Origin: Steroidobacteraceae bacterium
GTDB taxonomy: Bacteria > Pseudomonadota > Gammaproteobacteria > Steroidobacterales > Steroidobacteraceae
Reading direction: 5' to 3'
Assembly (NCBI GenBank): GCA_052039045.1
Contig: JBQGDL010000006.1
Span: forward strand, 41,731 to 105,730
Length of the DNA: 64,000 bases
This document shows positions 59,901 to 64,000 of this stretch, piece by piece. Position 1 is the first letter of the stretch. Every line of letters begins with the position of its first letter. The position numbers and the translations under genes are program-made. The notes beneath the pieces were generated by a model that was not told the DNA's origin, searched no databases, and worked only from the letters and a program-made list of their open reading frames with translations.

Positions 59901-60429
59901 GGGCGGTCGGGTCCTGCGTTTCGATGCGCTCGCAAAGCGCGATGCCGAGCGACTCGCCCTTGAAGCCGCCTGCGCAGTCCCACGGCCGGTCGAGCGCGAT
60001 GTAGCGCGCGATCTCCGCCTCGCTGAGCACGCGCAGCTGTACGGTCGTGCGGTCGGTGAACTCCAGACAGCGTGAGCCGCCCTCGGCGGCGACGCACGCG
60101 GCCGTGAGAAACACCAGCTCGCGTCCCGACGAGGTCGCGAGATCGCGTGCGCAGCGGGTCGCGTCGCCGGGTTTGCCGAGCATCTCCTCGCCGCGCAACG
60201 CGAGTTGATCCGAGCCAACGACCACCGCGTCGCGGCGCTGTCGCGCCACCGCGAGCGCCTTGGCCCGGGCGAGGCGCCTCACCAGCGCGTCGGGCGGCTC
60301 ACCGGCCAGCCGCCCTTCGTCGACTCCTGGTGCGACGCACTCGAACGGCAGACCGAGTCGCTCGAGGAGCAGGCGTCGATACCGGGAGGTGGAGGCGAGC
60401 AGCAGCGCCTGCGGAGCGATGGGACTCAC
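59836..60429 (-). CDS. Maf-like nucleoside triphosphate pyrophosphatase, YceF subfamily
   Basis: LLLASTSRYRRLLLERLGLPFE, GSDQ, GKP, CAGGFKGESLG and DPTALTGLPL. Divergent from yceD as in E. coli. Confidence 0.88.
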   Translation of the reverse strand: MSPIAPQALLLASTSRYRRLLLERLGLPFECVAPGVDEGRLAGEPPDALVRRLARAKALAVARQRRDAVVVGSDQLALRGEEMLGKPGDATRCARDLATSSGRELVFLTAACVAAEGGSRCLEFTDRTTVQLRVLSEAEIARYIALDRPWDCAGGFKGESLGIALCERIETQDPTALTGLPLIWLAGALRQCGFAVP

Positions 60430-60523
60430 GGCGCGCTCCGCGGCACTCGATCCTTGAAAAACAAGGGTTTAAGCTCGCGTCGGCTTTGACAGGGGAGGGG
60501 GGCGTCACTATTATACGCGGCCC

Positions 60524-61036
60524 ATGTCGCCCGCCCCGGCCGACCTCGTCAACGCATTGGAATTGGCAGGGCGAGCGGCGTCAGTCGAACGCGACGTCGA
60601 TCTCGCGCAGCTGCCAAGGCTCAAGGACGCCGGCGCTCTCGCCGGAACGCGAGTACACGGCGAGCTGCGCTTCGGCATGTTCGAGGGTCGGGCGACGGTC
60701 GATGCGCGCGTCTCGGGCACGGTGGTGCTGACCTGCCAGCGCTGCCTGCAGCCGTGCGAGGTCAGGATCGTCGAGGCGACCCCTCTGGTCGTGCTCGCGG
60801 GGGACGAGGATCCGGCGCCGGCAGGCTTCGATCCGATCCTTGGCGATGCCGAGCGTTTGCCGGTGATCGAGGTGATCGAGGAGCAGTTGCTGCTCGGATT
60901 GCCGCTCGTCGCCACGCATCGTCCGGGTACCGGTTGCCGGTGCGAGCCGACTCAGGAGGCGGGTAAGGACGTGGTGCCCGAGGGACAGAGGCCATTTGCG
61001 AATCTGCGCGAGCTGCTCGACAAGCGCGGACAGTAA
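60524..61036 (+). CDS. yceD: YceD (DUF177) 23S rRNA accumulation protein
   Basis: LTCQRCLQP...EEQLLLGLPLV..H. Immediately upstream of rpmF. Confidence 0.88.
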   Translation: MSPAPADLVNALELAGRAASVERDVDLAQLPRLKDAGALAGTRVHGELRFGMFEGRATVDARVSGTVVLTCQRCLQPCEVRIVEATPLVVLAGDEDPAPAGFDPILGDAERLPVIEVIEEQLLLGLPLVATHRPGTGCRCEPTQEAGKDVVPEGQRPFANLRELLDKRGQ

Positions 61037-61058
61037 GCGACCATAAGGAGAATCGATC

Positions 61059-61253
61059 ATGCCAGTACAGAAGAGCCGCAAGACCCCGTCGACGCGGGGT
61101 ATGCGCCGCGCGCACGACAAGCTGCGCAAGCCAGCGCTCTCCGTCGATCGGACGAGCGGTGAGACGCATCTGCGCCACCGGGTTACGCCGGACGGCTTCT
61201 ATCGCGGTCGTAAAGTGATCGACAAGCCAGTGGCCGAGGAAGGCCACGAGTGA
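61059..61253 (+). CDS. rpmF: 50S ribosomal protein L32
   Basis: [31 protein letters not shown] 8 nt upstream. Confidence 0.97.
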   Translation: MPVQKSRKTPSTRGMRRAHDKLRKPALSVDRTSGETHLRHRVTPDGFYRGRKVIDKPVAEEGHE

Positions 61254-61311
61254 GCGTCGCGGCGCGGCGCAGGGGCCGCGCATCGCCACCCAGATCGTCG
61301 TCCATGCCGGC

Positions 61312-62358
61312 ATGACGGCCAGCGTTAGCATCGCGGTGGATGCCATGAGCGGCGACCATGGTGCGGCCGTTGCCGTTCCTGCCGCGCTCGACGTGCTTGC
61401 CGCTGAGCCCGGGCTCTCCCTCGTCCTCGTCGGGCGCGCGGAAGCGATCCGGCCGCTGATCCGGGCCGGGCGGATGCCCGATCGGTGCCGGCTGGTCGAG
61501 GCGAGTGAAGTCGTCGGGATGGACGAGCGTCCGCAGGACGCCGTGCGGCGCAAGAAGGACTCGTCGATGCGGGTTGCGGTCAACCTGGTCGAGGCGGGGA
61601 CCGCCGCCGCCTGTGTCAGCGCGGGAAACACCGGCGCGCTGCTCGCGACTGCGCGCTTCGTGCTCGGGATGATCGAAGGCGTCGACCGTCCGGCAATCGT
61701 GTCGTCGATCCCGGCGGTTCACGGGCACACCATGATGCTCGACCTCGGCGCGAATCCCGATTGCAACGCGGATCACCTCGTGCAGTTCGCCGCCATGGGC
61801 GCGGTCTTGTCGAGCGATCTGCACGGCCTCGACAACCCGCGCGTCGGGCTGCTCAACATCGGCGAGGAAGACATCAAGGGCACCGAGGAGCTGCGCGAGG
61901 CGCACCGCCGGCTGGCGCTCGCGCCGATCAACTATCGGGGCTTCGTCGAAGGCGACGACATCTTCTCCGGCGACGTGGACGTCGTCGTCACCGACGGCTT
62001 TGCCGGCAACGTTGCGCTCAAGACGAGCGAGGGGCTCGCGCGCTTCATCAGCGGCGTGATGCGCGAGGAATTCACGCGCGGTGCGGTGCGTAAACTCGCC
62101 GCCGTGGCGGCCACACCCGCGCTGCGCGCGCTCAAGCGGCGGCTCGACCCGCGCAGTTACAACGGCGCCAGCATGGTCGGGCTCGACGGTGTCGTCATCA
62201 AGAGCCACGGCGGCGCCGACCGTATCGCCTTTGCGAACGCGGTGCGCGTTGCCATGACCGAGGCCAGAAACGGCGTGCCCGCGCGCATTGCCGCGATGCT
62301 GACCCGATTTGCGGATGCCGGTTGTGCTGCGCCCCGCGCGGCGTCGTCAGATTCGTGA
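61312..62358 (+). CDS. plsX: Phosphate acyltransferase PlsX
   Basis: IAVDAMSGDHG, SAGNTGAL, VGLLNIGEE, DVVVTDGFAGNVALKT and NGA...G..G.VIKSHG. Confidence 0.95.
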   Translation: MTASVSIAVDAMSGDHGAAVAVPAALDVLAAEPGLSLVLVGRAEAIRPLIRAGRMPDRCRLVEASEVVGMDERPQDAVRRKKDSSMRVAVNLVEAGTAAACVSAGNTGALLATARFVLGMIEGVDRPAIVSSIPAVHGHTMMLDLGANPDCNADHLVQFAAMGAVLSSDLHGLDNPRVGLLNIGEEDIKGTEELREAHRRLALAPINYRGFVEGDDIFSGDVDVVVTDGFAGNVALKTSEGLARFISGVMREEFTRGAVRKLAAVAATPALRALKRRLDPRSYNGASMVGLDGVVIKSHGGADRIAFANAVRVAMTEARNGVPARIAAMLTRFADAGCAAPRAASSDS

Positions 62359-62362
62359 ACGC

Positions 62363-62893
62363 TCAGCGTCTGGTTTTGCGCGCCCCCGCACTGCGGCGGC
62401 GCATGCGCGCGAGCAGCTGCGTCCGCCGGCGTTCCAGGCGTTGTCGGGCGACCTGCTGTTCGCCCCGCACGCGCGGCAGCGAGCGGCGGAAGCGGCGGAA
62501 GTCCTCGTATGCCTCGAGCTGGTGCGCGAGCTCGCGGAACACGAGCTCGACCATCACGGCATCGTCCAGCAGCCCGATTCCGGGGATCTCGTCGGGGATG
62601 ATGTCCTCGGGGTCGCATGCGTAGGCGAGTGCCGCCAGCACCGGCGCACGCTCGTCTTCCGCGAGCGGCCAGTCCGCATCCGTCAGCATCGCGAGCAGCG
62701 TTTCGATCTTCGTCAGCCGCTCGGTGACAAAGTCCGGCAGCTCCGACTGACGCAGACGGGTGATGAACTCCGAGGCGGCGGCGAGGATCTCGTCGTCGTC
62801 GGCGATGCTCACCGAATCGCGCGAACGCTGCAGCTCGCGCCGGAAATGACGCAGGTCGCGGTCCGAGAGTTCGATGGTGAGTCTGTATGGCAT
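62363..62893 (-). CDS. Hypothetical protein with DUF1232/YkvA-like IPDxIPxxGxLDD motif
   Basis: 176 aa, with DIIPDEIPGIGLLDDAVMVELV. Acidic N-terminal half and a basic C-terminal tail. Good codon bias. The family call rests on the motif alone. Confidence 0.45.
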   Translation of the reverse strand: MPYRLTIELSDRDLRHFRRELQRSRDSVSIADDDEILAAASEFITRLRQSELPDFVTERLTKIETLLAMLTDADWPLAEDERAPVLAALAYACDPEDIIPDEIPGIGLLDDAVMVELVFRELAHQLEAYEDFRRFRRSLPRVRGEQQVARQRLERRRTQLLARMRRRSAGARKTRR

Positions 62894-62987
62894 GCGGTGT
62901 CTCCGCCGCGGAGGCTACTTGCCGAACCGTGAGCGGGTCAACGCGTGCGGACCGTCAATCCCGGCTGGCAGCCGCTACAATGCCCAG

Positions 62988-63977
62988 ATGGCGGTTGGGA
63001 AAGGCTACGCATACAGGCTCGGCGGCGGGCTCCGGCTGGTCGGGCTTGCACTGCTGGCGGTCGCGACCCGAGTCCAGGGGAGCGGCGCGGAATATGTCCT
63101 GCCGGAGAACGGCGACAACGTCGTGGGCTTCGTCACGACCGCCATCGCCCGGCACCAGGACACGATGTTCGACATCGGTCGCCGCTACGGGGTGGGTTAC
63201 GAGGAGATCATCTCCGCGAATCCCGGCGTGGACCCGTGGCTGCCGGGCGAGGGCGCCGAGATCCTGATACCGACGCGTTTCGTACTTCCGGAGGCACCGC
63301 GCGAAGCCATCGTCGTGAACCTGCCGGAACACCGCATCTATTACTACCCGCCGGCGAGGCCGGGCGAGACGCGTGTGGTCCGCACCTATCCGATCAGCAC
63401 CGCCAAGATGGACTGGAAGACCCCGCTCGGCGTGACCCGCATCGTCACCAAGGAGAAGAACCCCAACTGGTATCCGCCGGAATCCGTACGCAAGGAGCAC
63501 GAGCAACGCGGCGATCCGCTACCGAAGGTCGTGCCGCCCGGAGACGACAACCCGCTCGGTTCGCGCAAGATGCGGCTCGACATCCCCGGCGGCGCATACC
63601 TGATCCACGGCACGAACCGACCGACCGGGGTGGGTATGCAGGTGACGCACGGCTGCATACGCATGTATCCGGAGGACGTCGAGGAGCTGTTCGACCTCAT
63701 CACCGTCGGGACGCGCGTCAACCTGATCGATCAGACCACCAAGGTCGGCTGGCAGCGTGGCACGCTGTTCGTGGAGCGCCACGCGCCGCTCGAGGGCACC
63801 AACAATCCGTTGCACGACGACCCGGCGGAGATGACCAAGCTGCTCGTGAAGGCGAGCGAGGGGCGCAGCGTAGCGCTCGACTGGACAGGCGCGCAGCGCG
63901 CCTTTCTGCAGGCGACGGGTGTGCCCGTGCCGCTCTCGACGCCGGTGCGGACCGCGGCGTCGGCCGGCGGCCGCTGA
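62988..63977 (+). CDS. L,D-transpeptidase (YkuD/ErfK family) with LysM-like N-terminal domain
   Basis: Signal peptide, LysM-like region (TMFDIGRRYGVGYEEIISANPGVDPW) and the catalytic block YLIHGTNRPTGVGMQVTHGCIRM. Confidence 0.88.
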   Translation: MAVGKGYAYRLGGGLRLVGLALLAVATRVQGSGAEYVLPENGDNVVGFVTTAIARHQDTMFDIGRRYGVGYEEIISANPGVDPWLPGEGAEILIPTRFVLPEAPREAIVVNLPEHRIYYYPPARPGETRVVRTYPISTAKMDWKTPLGVTRIVTKEKNPNWYPPESVRKEHEQRGDPLPKVVPPGDDNPLGSRKMRLDIPGGAYLIHGTNRPTGVGMQVTHGCIRMYPEDVEELFDLITVGTRVNLIDQTTKVGWQRGTLFVERHAPLEGTNNPLHDDPAEMTKLLVKASEGRSVALDWTGAQRAFLQATGVPVPLSTPVRTAASAGGR

Positions 63978-64000
63978 CTTTGTAGATTGTTCAAATCCGC

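Overview
This is a densely coding, very GC-rich chromosomal segment from a Gammaproteobacterium. Hand counts of typical 60-nt lines give about 70% G+C. It joins familiar core gene blocks in an order resembling Pseudomonas/Xanthomonadales-type genomes: eno-ftsB-ispD-ispF-truD, surE-pcm, recJ-prfB-lysS, ygfZ <> DUF1674-sdhCDAB-sdhE-ygfX, rpoE-rseABC, lepA-lepB-rnc-era-recO-pdxJ-acpS, rlmD-nagZ, mfd, lolC/E-lolD, comEC-exbBD-msbA-lpxK-ycaR-kdsB, ptp, rne <> rluC, and maf <> yceD-rpmF-plsX. About 70 protein genes are supported by recognisable motifs, and many are coupled through ATGA/GTGA/TAATG start-stop overlaps. I saw no rRNA, tRNA, CRISPR array, transposase, integrase or recognisable phage or defence module. 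I did not find a convincing self-contained novel multi-gene system; the window is mostly housekeeping. Non-core material is limited to four places. (a) A lower-GC islet at about 29.9-36.0 kb holds a degenerate PAS-GGDEF protein, a GYD protein, a GDSL hydrolase, a 575-nt non-coding gap, an alpha/beta hydrolase-MFS-amidohydrolase-PEBP cluster and a frameshifted gene remnant. (b) A lower-GC DUF885 gene sits at 44.1-45.9 kb. (c) An rluF / small ORF / AhpD-like insertion lies between kdsB and ptp. (d) Synteny breaks directly after plsX. The items most worth a second look are a 113-nt long-stem structured element between pdxJ and acpS inside the RNase III operon, the DDDEF-type GGDEF protein that keeps an RxxD I-site, the phased GTTCC repeats in the long non-coding gap, and the mitochondria-like SDH assembly gene set (SDHAF4-like, SdhE, YgfZ) around sdhCDAB. 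All family assignments come from motif recognition by eye; no database search was run.
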